A stretch of 64,000 nt of DNA from Anaerolineae bacterium. GTDB taxonomy: Bacteria; Chloroflexota; Anaerolineae; B4-G1; SLSP01. This document shows, piece after piece, positions 29,456 through 39,704 of the stretch (the stretch's first letter is position 1; each line of letters starts with the position of its first letter). Location: contig DAOTVC010000076.1 in assembly GCA_034437215.1 (NCBI GenBank), positions 27,439-91,438 on the forward strand. The letters run 5' to 3'. The notes beneath the pieces were generated by a model that did not search any database, was not told where the DNA came from, and saw only the letters and a list, made by a program, of their open reading frames with translations. A program made the translations under genes and the position numbers.

Positions 29456-29719
29456 ATGGCGCGTAAGAAGGCCACAGGCACGAACGGGCGCGACAGCATC
29501 GCCAAGCGCCGGGGCGTCAAAAAGTACGGTGGTCAACGTGTGCGGACGGGGCACATCCTCGTGCGCCAGGTTGGCGAACATATCAAGGCCGGCGAGAACG
29601 TCGGGGTGGGTAGGGACTACACCCTCTACGCGTTGGCCGACGGTATTGTGCGCTACGACGTCCGACACGGGCGCAAGCGGGTCAACGTGGATATGTATGA
29701 GGGAGGGGCTGAGGCATGA
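29456..29719 (+). CDS. rpmA: 50S ribosomal protein L27.
   Basis: [14 protein letters not shown]...GHILVRQVG...[14 protein letters not shown]. Confidence 0.9.
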   Translation: MARKKATGTNGRDSIAKRRGVKKYGGQRVRTGHILVRQVGEHIKAGENVGVGRDYTLYALADGIVRYDVRHGRKRVNVDMYEGGAEA

Positions 29720-30219
29720 GGTCCGATCTTCATCCCAAATGGTATCCCGAGGCCAAGGTAGTCTGCTCCTGCGGCAACAACTGGACAGTGGGAGCCACCG
29801 AGCCGGAGATCCGCACCGACGTCTGCTCTCAATGTCATCCCTTCTTCACCGGCGAGCAGCGCATTGTGGACACCGAGGGTCAGGTCGATCGCTTCATGCG
29901 CCGCCTGGAGGCGCGCGAGGAAGTGCGGCGCGAGGCCGAACGACGGCGGGAGGCTCGCACCTCCCCTGAGGTGCCGCTGGTAGATCTGGAACTTAAGTCC
30001 CGGGTGCTGAATCTCCTGGAGGAGGCCGGCTTCGAGAAGGTCGGAGACGTTCTCGATCGTCTGGAGGAGAGCGGCGACGAGAGCCTCACGGAGATCCGCG
30101 GCTTTGGGCTCAAGGCGCTGGCCGACCTCAAGAAGACGTTGCGAGCGCGTGGCTATGTGCTACCCGGTGACGAGGTAGAGGAAGAAGAGGCTCCACAGGA
30201 AGAAGTGGAGACCGCCTAA
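29716..30219 (+). CDS. rpmE: 50S ribosomal protein L31 (zinc-ribbon type) with a ~95-aa C-terminal extension containing an RNA polymerase alpha-CTD-like helix-hairpin-helix domain and an acidic tail.
   Basis: N-terminal 75 aa is L31 ([18 protein letters not shown]...[10 protein letters not shown]). The extension [26 protein letters not shown]...[26 protein letters not shown] matches the alpha-CTD/HhH_5 pattern. Confidence 0.8.
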   Translation: MRSDLHPKWYPEAKVVCSCGNNWTVGATEPEIRTDVCSQCHPFFTGEQRIVDTEGQVDRFMRRLEAREEVRREAERRREARTSPEVPLVDLELKSRVLNLLEEAGFEKVGDVLDRLEESGDESLTEIRGFGLKALADLKKTLRARGYVLPGDEVEEEEAPQEEVETA

Positions 30220-30318
30220 GAGAGCGTTCAAGGGCAGGACCCCGGGGTCCTGCCCTACTTTTTTGCCGGTTCTGTTCCCCCCCCCTTCCCCACGCTGTCA
30301 GAAAGGTAGGGCTTTTGC

Positions 30319-30906
30319 GTGTACGGAAAACCCAGCGGTGGTTGGATTGAGGTGATCTGTGGGAGCATGTTCAGCGGCAAGACGGAGGAGCTCCTCCGTC
30401 GTCTCCGCCGCGCCCAGATCGCCCGGCTGAAGGTGCAGGTCTTCAAGCCTGCGATGGATAAGCGCTACAGTGAAGAGGCCATCGCCTCCCACAACGGCCT
30501 CCAGCAGAGGGCCAGCCCCGTCAAGGACCCCGCCGAGCTGCGTGCCCGGCTGCTCTCCGATACCGAGGTGGTGGCTATCGATGAGATTCAGTTCTTCCCG
30601 CAAGAGATTGTGTCGCTCTGCGACGAGTTGGCCCACGAGGGCAAACGTGTGATTATCGCCGGATTGGATATGGACTTTCGGGGGGAGCCCTTCGGTCCGA
30701 TGCCCGGACTGCTGGCAATCGCCGAGCGGGTGGACAAGCTGCAAGCCATCTGTGTCGTCTGCGGCGGGCCTGCCAGCCACTCCCAACGTCTTATCGACGG
30801 TCAACCCGCCTGCTACGAGGATCCGGTGGTCCTGGTGGGGGCCAGTGAGGTCTACGAGGCGCGCTGCCGGGGCTGCCACGAGATTCCCCGCCGTGATAGA
30901 GATTGA
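30319..30906 (+). CDS. tdk: Thymidine kinase.
   Basis: [15 protein letters not shown]-loop; C-terminal CxxC...CxxC zinc ribbon; GTG start. Confidence 0.9.
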   Translation: MYGKPSGGWIEVICGSMFSGKTEELLRRLRRAQIARLKVQVFKPAMDKRYSEEAIASHNGLQQRASPVKDPAELRARLLSDTEVVAIDEIQFFPQEIVSLCDELAHEGKRVIIAGLDMDFRGEPFGPMPGLLAIAERVDKLQAICVVCGGPASHSQRLIDGQPACYEDPVVLVGASEVYEARCRGCHEIPRRDRD

Positions 30907-30915
30907 GGAGGTACC

Positions 30916-31476
30916 ATGACGCTCGCGCTGCCTGATTCCATTCAGAGGGTGCTGTTGGATGAGGAGACCATTCAGGGACGTGTTCAGGAGCTCGCCGACG
31001 AGATCAGCGCCGACTATGCCGGTATCCACAACGAGGACTTCATCCTCGTCGGCGTCTTGAAGGGCAGCTTCATCTTCCTCTCCGATCTGGCCCGCCGGCT
31101 CACGGTGCCCCACAGGGTCGACTTCATCGCCCTCTCCAGCTACCAGGAGAAGGCGGAGGCCACGGGTGAGGTGCGCCTCATCATGGATACCCGCGCCGAT
31201 ATCGCCCGACGCCACGTCCTGGTCGTCGAGGACATCCTCGACACCGGTTACACCCTCAACTATCTGGAGCGCCTCTTCGGCGCCCGCCAACCCGCCTCCC
31301 TGCGCTCCTGCGTGCTGCTGAGCAAGCCCGAACGCCGGAAGGTCGACGTTCAGGTGGACTACCTGGGCTTCGAGATTCCCGACGTCTGGGTGGTGGGCTA
31401 CGGCCTGGACTTCGCCGATCGTTTCCGCACCCTGCCCTATATCGCAGCCCTCAAACAACGCGTTTACGAAAAGTAA
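30916..31476 (+). CDS. hpt: Hypoxanthine(-guanine) phosphoribosyltransferase.
   Basis: HPRT fold motifs (VLVVEDILDTGYTL PRPP loop). Confidence 0.9.
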   Translation: MTLALPDSIQRVLLDEETIQGRVQELADEISADYAGIHNEDFILVGVLKGSFIFLSDLARRLTVPHRVDFIALSSYQEKAEATGEVRLIMDTRADIARRHVLVVEDILDTGYTLNYLERLFGARQPASLRSCVLLSKPERRKVDVQVDYLGFEIPDVWVVGYGLDFADRFRTLPYIAALKQRVYEK

Positions 31477-31834
31477 GCGCGCGTATAAAGAATAGCTTCC
31501 CGCGCGATGGCGAGGTGGCTTATTCAGGGACGCTTAGGAACGCGAATTAAACAACTCGAGCAAAAGCAAACTGAAAGCGCTCCCGAAAGTCACCTATAAT
31601 GCCCAAGTTATTTCGCTTTCAGTCCTTACCTCATTGAAACTGGCGAGCCTCAAACGGGTGTGGGAGGCTTCTGCCTTACGACTGCGATTGGGCCATCGGG
31701 AAAGCGCTTCTTTACAGACCCTAACTCCACCCAGCGTGATCCTGCTTCGTTGCCCCTAGGCTGTCCTCGGATAGAATAGGGGAACAACGTTGTATTCACA
31801 GTAGACTCACTATGATCCTCTTAGGAGCGCTTAT

Positions 31835-32407
31835 ATGTCCATGTACGATGACATCGAAAAGGTTTTGATCTCCAAGGAGGAGATCGACGAACGGATCGCT
31901 TCCCTGGCGCAGGAGATGAATGATCTCTACACGGATGAGGATGTGCCTCTGCTGGTCTGCATCCTCAAGGGCGCCTTCATGTTCCTCGCCGATCTGGTCC
32001 GTCACCTCGACTTCCGCCACGAGGTCGACTTCATGGAGATCTCCAGCTACGGGATGTCGACGAAGAGCAGCGGTATCGTGCGCATCCTGCTCGACCTGGC
32101 TTCGAGCATTGAGGGACGCCACGTCGTCATCGTCGAGGACATCGTCGATACGGGCCACACGCTCAACTACATCCTGCGCAACCTCAGCACCCGCAACCCT
32201 GCCACCCTTCGCGTCTGCACCCTGCTCAACAAACCCAGCCGCCGGGAGATCGAGGTACCCGTGGACTTCGAGGGCTTCGAGGTCCCCAACGAGTTCGTTA
32301 TGGGCTACGGGCTTGACTACGCGGAGCAGTACCGCAACATCCCCTTCATCGGCGTCCTCAAACCCCACGTCTACGCCGAGGTCACGGGGGGACAGGGGGA
32401 GGAGTAA
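31835..32407 (+). CDS. Second hypoxanthine phosphoribosyltransferase paralog (6-oxopurine PRTase).
   Basis: VVIVEDIVDTGHTL; collinear with the upstream hpt (~55% identical by eye). Confidence 0.9.
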   Translation: MSMYDDIEKVLISKEEIDERIASLAQEMNDLYTDEDVPLLVCILKGAFMFLADLVRHLDFRHEVDFMEISSYGMSTKSSGIVRILLDLASSIEGRHVVIVEDIVDTGHTLNYILRNLSTRNPATLRVCTLLNKPSRREIEVPVDFEGFEVPNEFVMGYGLDYAEQYRNIPFIGVLKPHVYAEVTGGQGEE

Positions 32408-32411
32408 CGCA

Positions 32412-32448
32412 TGCCCGGGTGATTCGTGATCTCACGTTTCACCCGGGC
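32412..32448 (+). terminator. Possible terminator hairpin after hpt paralog 2 (10-bp perfect inverted repeat gcccgggtga/tcacccgggc, 17-nt loop).
   Basis: Read directly from the sequence; the following T-tract is weak. Confidence 0.4.
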
Positions 32449-32691
32449 ACTATTCTTGACTTCCCTGAAAGAAGGGGGATAAACCACAAAGGACGCAGAG
32501 GTCGCAAAGAAAACTTAATATTTCTGAAGAGGGCACGGAGATTTTTTTAAATTGGACTTCATAAAATCAGGCAAAAGAGCGCTTTTTATAAAGATATTTC
32601 ACTATCTCCTTGGTTTTCTCAGTGTTCTCCGTGTTGGAAGGAGTTTTTTCAGGGCAGTCATTCTTGAGTCGGGATCGAAAGGAGGCAGATC

Positions 32692-33960
32692 ATGACGGTC
32701 ACAGCTGTTGTCGGCGCTCAGTGGGGGGACGAGGGCAAGGGGCGGATCATCGACTACCTGGCCCAGGACGCGGAGATGGTCATGCGCTTCCAGGGAGGCG
32801 ATAACGCCGGGCACACCGTCATCAACGCCTTCGGGAAGTTCGCCCTGCACCTCGTACCCTCGGGTATCTTCAACCCCGAGACCCTCTGTCTGGTGGGGCC
32901 GGGGACCGTGGTCAACGTGGAGACCCTGCTCTCCGAGCTCGATGCGTTGGAGGCGGCGGGGGTGATCACCCGGAATCTCCTCGTGGACGAGCGCGCCCAC
33001 CTCATCTTCCCCTTCCACCGCCTGCTCGACGGCGCCGAGGAGCGCGCGCGCCAGGAGGGGTGGGCGGTCGGCACGACGAAGCGGGGGATCGGCCCCACCT
33101 ACGCCGACAAGGCGGCCCGGGAGGGCATCCGCGTGGGTGAGCTCCTCGATCCCGTCTGGCTGCGGGAGCGGCTGGAGATGTTGGTGCCGCGCAAGAACCG
33201 CACGTTGGGCTTCTTCGATCTGCCCACCGTCTCCGTCGAGGAGATGCTGAGCCTCTGCGAGGCCTGGAGGGAGCAGCTGGGCGAGCGCATCGTCGATACC
33301 CTTCCCCTGGTGCGGGGGGCCGTGCGCGAGGGACGCCGGGTGCTCCTCGAGGGGCAGCTGGGTGTCATGCGCGGTCTCGATTGGGGCATCTACCCCTTCG
33401 TCACCTCCTCCTCACCCACGGCCGGCGGCGCCTGCGTGGGGGCCGGCATTCCGCCCCGCGCCATTGATGAGGTGCTGGGCATCACCAAGGTCTACGCCAC
33501 CTCCGTGGGCGGCGGTCCCTTCCCCACCGAGCTGGAGGGCGAGACCGCCGAGCGGCTGCGGGAGATCGGCGGCGAGTACGGCGCGACGACGGGCCGGCCC
33601 CGCCGCTGCGGCTGGCTCGACGGCGTGGCGCTGGGGTACGCCGGCTGGCTGAACGGCTTCACGGGCATCGCCGTGACCAAGCTGGACGTTCTCGATACCT
33701 TCGAGGAGCTCCAGATCTGTACCGGCTACCGGCTGGGCGACGACATGCTCGATTATGTGCCCACGACACGGGTGCAGGAACAGGTGGAGCCCGTCTACGA
33801 GAGCTGGCCCGGCTGGCAGGTGGATACCACGGGCGTCCGCCGCTGGAGCGATCTGCCTGCCGCCGCCCAGCACTACCTCCGTCGGGTGGAGGAGCTGGCG
33901 CAGGCGCCCATCCGCTACGTCTCCGTCGGTCCCGAGCGGGATCAGATCATCGTCCTCTGA
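32692..33960 (+). CDS. purA: Adenylosuccinate synthetase.
   Basis: [14 protein letters not shown]...GGDNAGHTV, full-length collinear; AAAGGAGG RBS. Confidence 0.95.
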   Translation: MTVTAVVGAQWGDEGKGRIIDYLAQDAEMVMRFQGGDNAGHTVINAFGKFALHLVPSGIFNPETLCLVGPGTVVNVETLLSELDALEAAGVITRNLLVDERAHLIFPFHRLLDGAEERARQEGWAVGTTKRGIGPTYADKAAREGIRVGELLDPVWLRERLEMLVPRKNRTLGFFDLPTVSVEEMLSLCEAWREQLGERIVDTLPLVRGAVREGRRVLLEGQLGVMRGLDWGIYPFVTSSSPTAGGACVGAGIPPRAIDEVLGITKVYATSVGGGPFPTELEGETAERLREIGGEYGATTGRPRRCGWLDGVALGYAGWLNGFTGIAVTKLDVLDTFEELQICTGYRLGDDMLDYVPTTRVQEQVEPVYESWPGWQVDTTGVRRWSDLPAAAQHYLRRVEELAQAPIRYVSVGPERDQIIVL

Positions 33961-33979
33961 CGCCCGGAGAACCTGAAGG

Positions 33980-35395
33980 ATGGAGACCGAGTTCACTTAC
34001 GAGACCTACCTCTCGCCCTTCACCTGGCGCTACGGCAGCGAGGCCATGCGCCGGCTCTGGTCGGAGGCCCACCGCCGGCGGCTCTGGCGCCGGGTCTGGG
34101 TGGCCCTGGCGGCGGTACAGCAGGAGGTGGGCCTGGTCACCGAGGAGCAGCTGGAGGATCTCCGCGCTCACGCCGACGAGGTTGACCTGGCCCGCGCCGC
34201 CGCGCTCGAAGCCGAGATCCACCACGATCTGATGGCCGAGGTGCGCGCCTACGCCGAGCAGTGCCCTGTGGGTGGGGGGATCATCCACCTGGGGGCCACC
34301 AGCATGGACGTCAAGGACAACGTGGAGGTCCTGCGCATCCGCCAGGGGCTCGCTCTCCTCCTCGAGGGGCTGGCCCCCCTGCTGACCCTGCTGGCGACGC
34401 TCATCGAAGCCCGCGCCGACCAGGCCACCATGGCCTTCACCCACCTCCAGCCCGCCGAGCCCACCACGGTGGGCTACCGGTTGGCCCAGTACGGGCAGGA
34501 TCTGTTGGCGGATCACGAGACGCTGCGCCGGGTGCGGGGTGCCCTGCGGGGCAAGGGGATCAAGGGGGCGGTGGGGACCTCGGCTTCCTACGCCGTGCTC
34601 CTGGCGGGGACGGAGCTCTCCCCCCGGGAGCTGGAGGCGCGGGTGATGGCCCGCCTGGACCTGGAGCCCTTTCCCGTCGCCACCCAGACCTACCCCCGCA
34701 AGCAGGACTGGGAGGTACTCAACGCTTTGGCAGGCTTGGCGGGCTCCCTCTACAAGTTCGCCTTCGACCTGCGCCTGCTTCAGTCGCCGCCCATCGGAGA
34801 GTGGAGCGAGCCCTTCGGGAGCCGGCAGGTGGGCTCGTCGGCGATGCCCTTCAAGCGCAATCCCGTGCTCTCGGAGACGCTCGACTCCCTCGCCCGCTAC
34901 GTGGCGGCGCTTCCCCGTGTGGCCTGGGATAACGCCGCCCACTCCCTCCTCGAGCGCACCCTCGATGACTCCGCCAACCGTCGCGTCGTCCTCCCCTCCG
35001 CCTTCCTGGCGGTGGACGAGCTGCTGCACCGCGCCCGGCGCATCCTCTCCGGCCTGCGCATCGACGACCGGGCCGTCGCCCGCAACCTCGAGGCCTACGG
35101 GGTCTTTGCGGCGCTGGAGCGGCTGCTCATGGAGCTGGTGCGCGCGGGCGCCGACCGCCAGGCGATGCACGAGGCGCTCCGCGAGCACGCGCTGAGGGCG
35201 TGGGCGGCGGTGCAGGCGGGGCGGGAGAACCCGCTGCCGCGTCTGCTCAGCGGGGACGAGTGCCTGCGCCGTTACCTGGAACCCGAGAGGATTCGGGCGT
35301 TGCTGCACGCGGGGGACTACGTGGGGGATGCGCCGGGGCGTGCCCGCGAGCTGGCGGAGGCGCTCCGCTCGGCTGTGGACTCGTCCGCCCGGTAG
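33980..35395 (+). CDS. purB: Adenylosuccinate lyase.
   Basis: Fumarate-lyase family signature (GTSAMPFKRNP), full length. Confidence 0.95.
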   Translation: METEFTYETYLSPFTWRYGSEAMRRLWSEAHRRRLWRRVWVALAAVQQEVGLVTEEQLEDLRAHADEVDLARAAALEAEIHHDLMAEVRAYAEQCPVGGGIIHLGATSMDVKDNVEVLRIRQGLALLLEGLAPLLTLLATLIEARADQATMAFTHLQPAEPTTVGYRLAQYGQDLLADHETLRRVRGALRGKGIKGAVGTSASYAVLLAGTELSPRELEARVMARLDLEPFPVATQTYPRKQDWEVLNALAGLAGSLYKFAFDLRLLQSPPIGEWSEPFGSRQVGSSAMPFKRNPVLSETLDSLARYVAALPRVAWDNAAHSLLERTLDDSANRRVVLPSAFLAVDELLHRARRILSGLRIDDRAVARNLEAYGVFAALERLLMELVRAGADRQAMHEALREHALRAWAAVQAGRENPLPRLLSGDECLRRYLEPERIRALLHAGDYVGDAPGRARELAEALRSAVDSSAR

Positions 35396-36942
35396 TGAGC
35401 GCCTCGCGACTTGGGGTTTGCCAGCGCGGCCCGGGCGACGAGCTGGGCCGCCTCCACCATGTTCCGCAGGGCGATGAGATCGTCGTCGAGGCGGGCGCCG
35501 GCGTAGAACTCGCCGACGCTCGCCCCCAGCTGCTCCAGCTCCCGCACCGCCCGGCGCAGACCCTTCTCGGTGCGTGCGAGGCCCACGTAGAGCCACATGA
35601 TCTCCTGGAGGCTCCGGATGTCCCGCTGCACCCGTTCCGGATCGGCTCGCCGGTCCTGCGCGGTCCAGGGCAGGAGGGCGGCGGCGGGGGGCGGCTCCGT
35701 CAGGGGCCGGGTTGCGATATCCTCGGCAGCCCGGTAGCCCCAGAGCAGCCCCTCCAGCAGCGAGGTGCTCGCCAGACGGTTGGCTCCATGGACGCCCGTG
35801 CAGCTCACCTCTCCCACGGCGTAGAGCCCCTCGAGCCCCGTGCGTCCCCGGTCGTCCACCCGCACCCCACCACAGAAGTAGTGGGCCGCGGGCACTACGG
35901 GGATGGGCTCCTGGGTAGGATCGATCCCCACCCGCCGGCACATCCCCACGATGTTGGGGAAGCGTCTGCGAATGCGCTCGGCGGGCATCGCCGAGGCCAG
36001 ATCGAGGAGCACGTGGGGGTAGCCGTGCTCTGCCATCTCCTGGTGAATGGCGCGCGCCACCACGTCCCTGGGGGCCAGATCCTGCCACTCGGGGGCGTGG
36101 CTCTCCATGAAGTGGCGTCCGTCGGGGGTGTAGAGGCGGGCGCCCTCCCCCCGCACCGCTTCGGAGATGAGGAAGTTGTAGCCTCCTTCGGGTGCCAGGG
36201 TCGTGGGGTGGAACTGGACGTACTCGGCGTTGACGATGCGGGCCCCCGCCCGGTGGGCCAGCGCCACGCCGTCGCCGCGCGCCCCCTTGGGGTTGCTGCT
36301 GTGGAGGTAGACGTTGCTCAAGCCACCTGCTGCGAGCACCGTCACCGGGGCGCGGAGGGGGACGACCTCCCCGCGCTCCCGGTCGAGGACGTAGGCCCCG
36401 TAGGCGGTGACGGGGCGGTAGACGCTCAGGGGATCGACGAGGTGGCGGTCCGAGGTGATGATCTCGACCGCCGTCGCGCTGGTGTGGAGGGTGACGTTGG
36501 GCAGCGCCTCCAGGCGTTCGATGAGGGCCTTCTCGATGGCCCTGCCCGTCGCGTCCTGAACGTGGAGCACCCGGGAGACGCTGTGCCCCCCTTCCAGCGT
36601 GTAGATCAGATCGCCCGCCGTGTCGCGGCTGAAGGGGACGCCCAGTTCGTCGACGAGCAGCCGGCGCACGAGGGGCGGCCCTTCCTCGGCCAGCAGGTGC
36701 GCCGCCGCGGGCAGGCTCAGCCCCGCTCCGGCGCGCAGGATGTCCGCCGCGAGGAGCGCGGCGGAGTCGCCGGGCCCGCGTCCCGCGATGCCCCCTTGCG
36801 CGTAAAGGGTGTTGGACTCGACGGCGCGCCGCGCCCGGGTGATGACGGCGATCTGCCGCTGAGGGTCGCGGGCCAGCTGCAGGGCTGTGGTCGCGCCGGC
36901 GATGCCCGCACCGATGACGAGGACGTCGCTCTCTCTGAACAT
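35317..36942 (-). CDS. nadB: L-aspartate oxidase.
   Basis: VLVIGAGIAGAT FAD motif; collinear with NadB. The 3' end overlaps purB convergently by ~79 nt. AAAGGGGAGAAAG RBS. Confidence 0.9.
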   Translation of the reverse strand: MFRESDVLVIGAGIAGATTALQLARDPQRQIAVITRARRAVESNTLYAQGGIAGRGPGDSAALLAADILRAGAGLSLPAAAHLLAEEGPPLVRRLLVDELGVPFSRDTAGDLIYTLEGGHSVSRVLHVQDATGRAIEKALIERLEALPNVTLHTSATAVEIITSDRHLVDPLSVYRPVTAYGAYVLDRERGEVVPLRAPVTVLAAGGLSNVYLHSSNPKGARGDGVALAHRAGARIVNAEYVQFHPTTLAPEGGYNFLISEAVRGEGARLYTPDGRHFMESHAPEWQDLAPRDVVARAIHQEMAEHGYPHVLLDLASAMPAERIRRRFPNIVGMCRRVGIDPTQEPIPVVPAAHYFCGGVRVDDRGRTGLEGLYAVGEVSCTGVHGANRLASTSLLEGLLWGYRAAEDIATRPLTEPPPAAALLPWTAQDRRADPERVQRDIRSLQEIMWLYVGLARTEKGLRRAVRELEQLGASVGEFYAGARLDDDLIALRNMVEAAQLVARAALANPKSRGAHYRADESTAERSASASSRARPGASPT

Positions 36943-37104
36943 CTTTCTCCCCTTTGATGAACAGGCCATCTGAATTATAGGCGAAAAGGGGAGCGCTTCC
37001 AACCTGGCACACTTGAAAGCCCCTGCCCAATCGCAGGCAAGCAGCCAATTTCGGATTTGAACCTACCTCTAACGTCGAGTATAATGGGTTGGATTGGAGC
37101 CTAT

Positions 37105-37926
37105 ATGACAACACGACAATTGAAATTCGCTAATATCTTCATCTGGGGCGGGGTGCTGCTGCTGGTGGTCGGCATGGGCCTCAGTTACCGCACCTTCTAT
37201 CCCTACTTCGCCACCCTGCTGGAGACGGATCGGATCCCCACCGCGCCTCCTCTCGAGGAGGCGGTGATCGCGGAGAGCGAGGAGACGGCGGAACTGCTGC
37301 CCTTCGAGGGGGAAGCAGAGGAGTACCGGCGGCTGGATGCGGCGCTACAACCCGAGCCCGATACGCCCACCGACCTGGTTCTCCCGTCCACGCCCGTCGC
37401 GACACCGACGGTGGTCACAACACCGGAGGTGACGCCGGAATCCTCGCCCGCTCCTGGGCCCCAGGGTGCCCTGCCGGTGCTCATCCAGATCCCCACCATC
37501 GACCTGGAAGCCCCCGTAATCTCTATCGGTTGGGCCCGGGAGGGGTCCGCCTCCGTCTGGCAGGTGCCCGACTGGCGGGCCGCGGGCTGGCACCGGACCT
37601 CCGCCCCCCTGGGGCTTGTGGGCAATACCGTTCTCAACGGCCACAACACCACCCGGGGCGAGGTCTTCCGTGACCTCTACAAGATGGAAGAGGGGGATCA
37701 GATCTTCGTCCGCGGCGAGGATGGCGAAACCTATGCCTACTCCGTAGATGCCATCTACATTCTCCAGGAGGCGGGACAGCCCTTGGAGGTGCGCCTGGAA
37801 AACGCGCGCTACATTCAGAAGACGGTCGACGAGCGGTTGACGCTGGTGACCTGCCACCCCTACGGCAGCACCCGTCACCGCCTCATCGTCATCGCGCGCC
37901 CTGTGGTAGCGCAACTTCCCGAATAA
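37105..37926 (+). CDS. Sortase family transpeptidase (membrane-anchored).
   Basis: TLVTCHPY catalytic TLxTC motif; N-terminal TM; Pro/Thr-rich linker. Start chosen at MTTRQ with a GGAG RBS. Confidence 0.75.
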   Translation: MTTRQLKFANIFIWGGVLLLVVGMGLSYRTFYPYFATLLETDRIPTAPPLEEAVIAESEETAELLPFEGEAEEYRRLDAALQPEPDTPTDLVLPSTPVATPTVVTTPEVTPESSPAPGPQGALPVLIQIPTIDLEAPVISIGWAREGSASVWQVPDWRAAGWHRTSAPLGLVGNTVLNGHNTTRGEVFRDLYKMEEGDQIFVRGEDGETYAYSVDAIYILQEAGQPLEVRLENARYIQKTVDERLTLVTCHPYGSTRHRLIVIARPVVAQLPE

Positions 37927-37936
37927 GAGGTGGATC

Positions 37937-38437
37937 ATGATAGGTAAGTTTCTACGCCGCATCCGTCGCAATCACGCTCTGGAACACGCGACCATCGCCC
38001 TGCTCGGTCGGCGTCATCCCGGCGCTCAGGTGATCGGGCTCTCCGGCCCCCGGGGCTTCCTGCTCTACACCAATCTCTCCTTGCAGGAGGTCTTCCCCGC
38101 GGTGAGGGACGCCCTGAAGTTCCTCAAGGCGGGCCACGACTCCCTCGCCATCCACGAGAACTGCGGCACGAATCTCGTCGCTGCTGCGGCGATGACCACC
38201 GCGGTGACCGCCCTGGGCATGCGGCGTCGCAAGCAGGACTTCGGCGAGCGGCTGGAGAGCGTCCTCAAGCTCACCACGCTGAATGCCTTCGCCCTTCTCA
38301 TGGCCCGTCCCGTGGGCTCCTGGTTGCAGTCCAAACTGACGGTGGATACCCACGTCGAGGATCTCGACATCTCTTACATCCGTAGCGAGGGGCAGGGGGA
38401 AGCGCGGCGGATTCGCGTCTACACCCGCCAACCCTGA
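37937..38437 (+). CDS. Conserved hypothetical protein (166 aa), translationally coupled to holA.
   Basis: ORF ends in ATGA overlap with holA; no confident family assignment. Confidence 0.5.
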   Translation: MIGKFLRRIRRNHALEHATIALLGRRHPGAQVIGLSGPRGFLLYTNLSLQEVFPAVRDALKFLKAGHDSLAIHENCGTNLVAAAAMTTAVTALGMRRRKQDFGERLESVLKLTTLNAFALLMARPVGSWLQSKLTVDTHVEDLDISYIRSEGQGEARRIRVYTRQP

Positions 38438-39393
38438 TGCTGCACCTCATCCATGGGGACAACGCCCTGGAGCAGGACGAGGCTCTCGCCCGGCTCCTGG
38501 CGAAAGAGGCCGACCAGGCGATGCTGGGGCTGAACCGGGAGACGCTGGAGCCTCCCCTCACCTTGGGGGACCTCCGTCGCGCTTGCGATACGCTGCCCTT
38601 TCTGGGGGGCAGTCGGGTGGTCGTCGTGAAGGATGCCCTGAAGAAGGGGCGGGACTCCTGGCTGCAGGAGCTCGTCGATTACCTCCCCGCCCTGCCCGAG
38701 ACGACGCTGCTCATCTTCCTGGAGCGCCAGACGCTGCCCAAGCGCCATCCCGTCCTGAAGTTGGCCCAGAGCCAGGGACGGGTGCAGCACTTCGCGGTGC
38801 CCTCCTCCCGCGATCTGCCCGGCTGGATTCGGGCGCGGTGCAAGACGCGAGGCTGTGTGATCGAGCCGCGGGCGATGATGCTGCTGGCCCAGAACATCGG
38901 CAGCAACCTCTACCAACTGGATCAGGAGATTCGCAAGCTGCAGCTCTACAAGGGCGATCAGGGCCCCATCAAGGAGGAGGACGTGCGGCTGCTGGTGCCC
39001 TACGTGCAGAGCGCCGACGTCATCTTCGATATGGTCGACGCTCTGGGTCAGCGCAAGCCCCACATCGCCGCCCAGCACCTGCATCGCCTGCTCGACGTGG
39101 GCGACCAGCATCCGTTGAGCATCTTCGGGATGGTGGTCCGCCAGTACCGGCTGCTCATCCAGGTGCGCTGGCTGATGGAGCGGGACAACCAGACGGAGCG
39201 GGAGATCGCCCAGCGTCTGAAGATTCACCCCTATGTCGCCAAGAAGATGCGCGGTCAGGCGACCTTCTTCACCGAGGAGCAGCTGCGAGGGGCCTACCGA
39301 CTGCTTGTGGAGAGCGATCTGGCGATCAAAACGGGGAAGCTGACGCCCGAGGCGGCGCTGGATCTTCTGGTGGCCCAGCTGACCCGCCTCTGA
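38437..39393 (+). CDS. holA: DNA polymerase III delta subunit.
   Basis: 318 aa with HolA-like N-terminal pattern (MLHLIHGDNALEQDEALARLL...GGSRVVVVKDA). Confidence 0.8.
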   Translation: MLHLIHGDNALEQDEALARLLAKEADQAMLGLNRETLEPPLTLGDLRRACDTLPFLGGSRVVVVKDALKKGRDSWLQELVDYLPALPETTLLIFLERQTLPKRHPVLKLAQSQGRVQHFAVPSSRDLPGWIRARCKTRGCVIEPRAMMLLAQNIGSNLYQLDQEIRKLQLYKGDQGPIKEEDVRLLVPYVQSADVIFDMVDALGQRKPHIAAQHLHRLLDVGDQHPLSIFGMVVRQYRLLIQVRWLMERDNQTEREIAQRLKIHPYVAKKMRGQATFFTEEQLRGAYRLLVESDLAIKTGKLTPEAALDLLVAQLTRL

Positions 39394-39468
39394 ACGTCGC
39401 ACACAAGAACAAGGAGCCGGTCGAACTCCCAGTTCGACCGGCTCTTGACCCCCTGTTGGGAGTGCCCC

Positions 39469-39702
39469 CTACCTCTTCTGGCGCTCCTCACCCACCCAGA
39501 AGTGATGTTTGAGCACCTGCCGGGAGGGGCGGACGACGATCCCGTCGACCCGCTCTTCGTCTCCCGCCGGAAGGGTGGTGGGGTGGACGTAGCAGACGTT
39601 GGGGTCGGCCCCGAAGCGCTTCCGGTACCCCTGCGCCGCCTTGTGCACCTTGACCTGCAGGTCGCGGGTGCTGTTATCGTACCAGAGCAATCCGATCTCC
39701 AT
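39469..39702 (-). CDS. Small hypothetical protein B (77 aa), last gene of the FtsK-like operon.
   Basis: Perfect GGGAGGTG RBS embedded in the last codons of the upstream gene (translational coupling). Confidence 0.55.
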   Translation of the reverse strand: MEIGLLWYDNSTRDLQVKVHKAAQGYRKRFGADPNVCYVHPTTLPAGDEERVDGIVVRPSRQVLKHHFWVGEERQKR

Positions 39703-39704
39703 CA

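Noticed and set aside
31477-31834. Purine riboswitch upstream of the second hpt.
   Set aside because: No match to the conserved guanine/adenine aptamer cores (UAUA...GGAUAUGG... / ...GUUUCUACC...) was found by eye. An Infernal scan is the decisive check.
35317-35395. 79-nt convergent overlap of the purB and nadB 3' ends as a possible frameshift or annotation error.
   Set aside because: Both ORFs are full length relative to their families up to the overlap and no alternative stops are evident. It is probably a genuine tail overlap; low interest.
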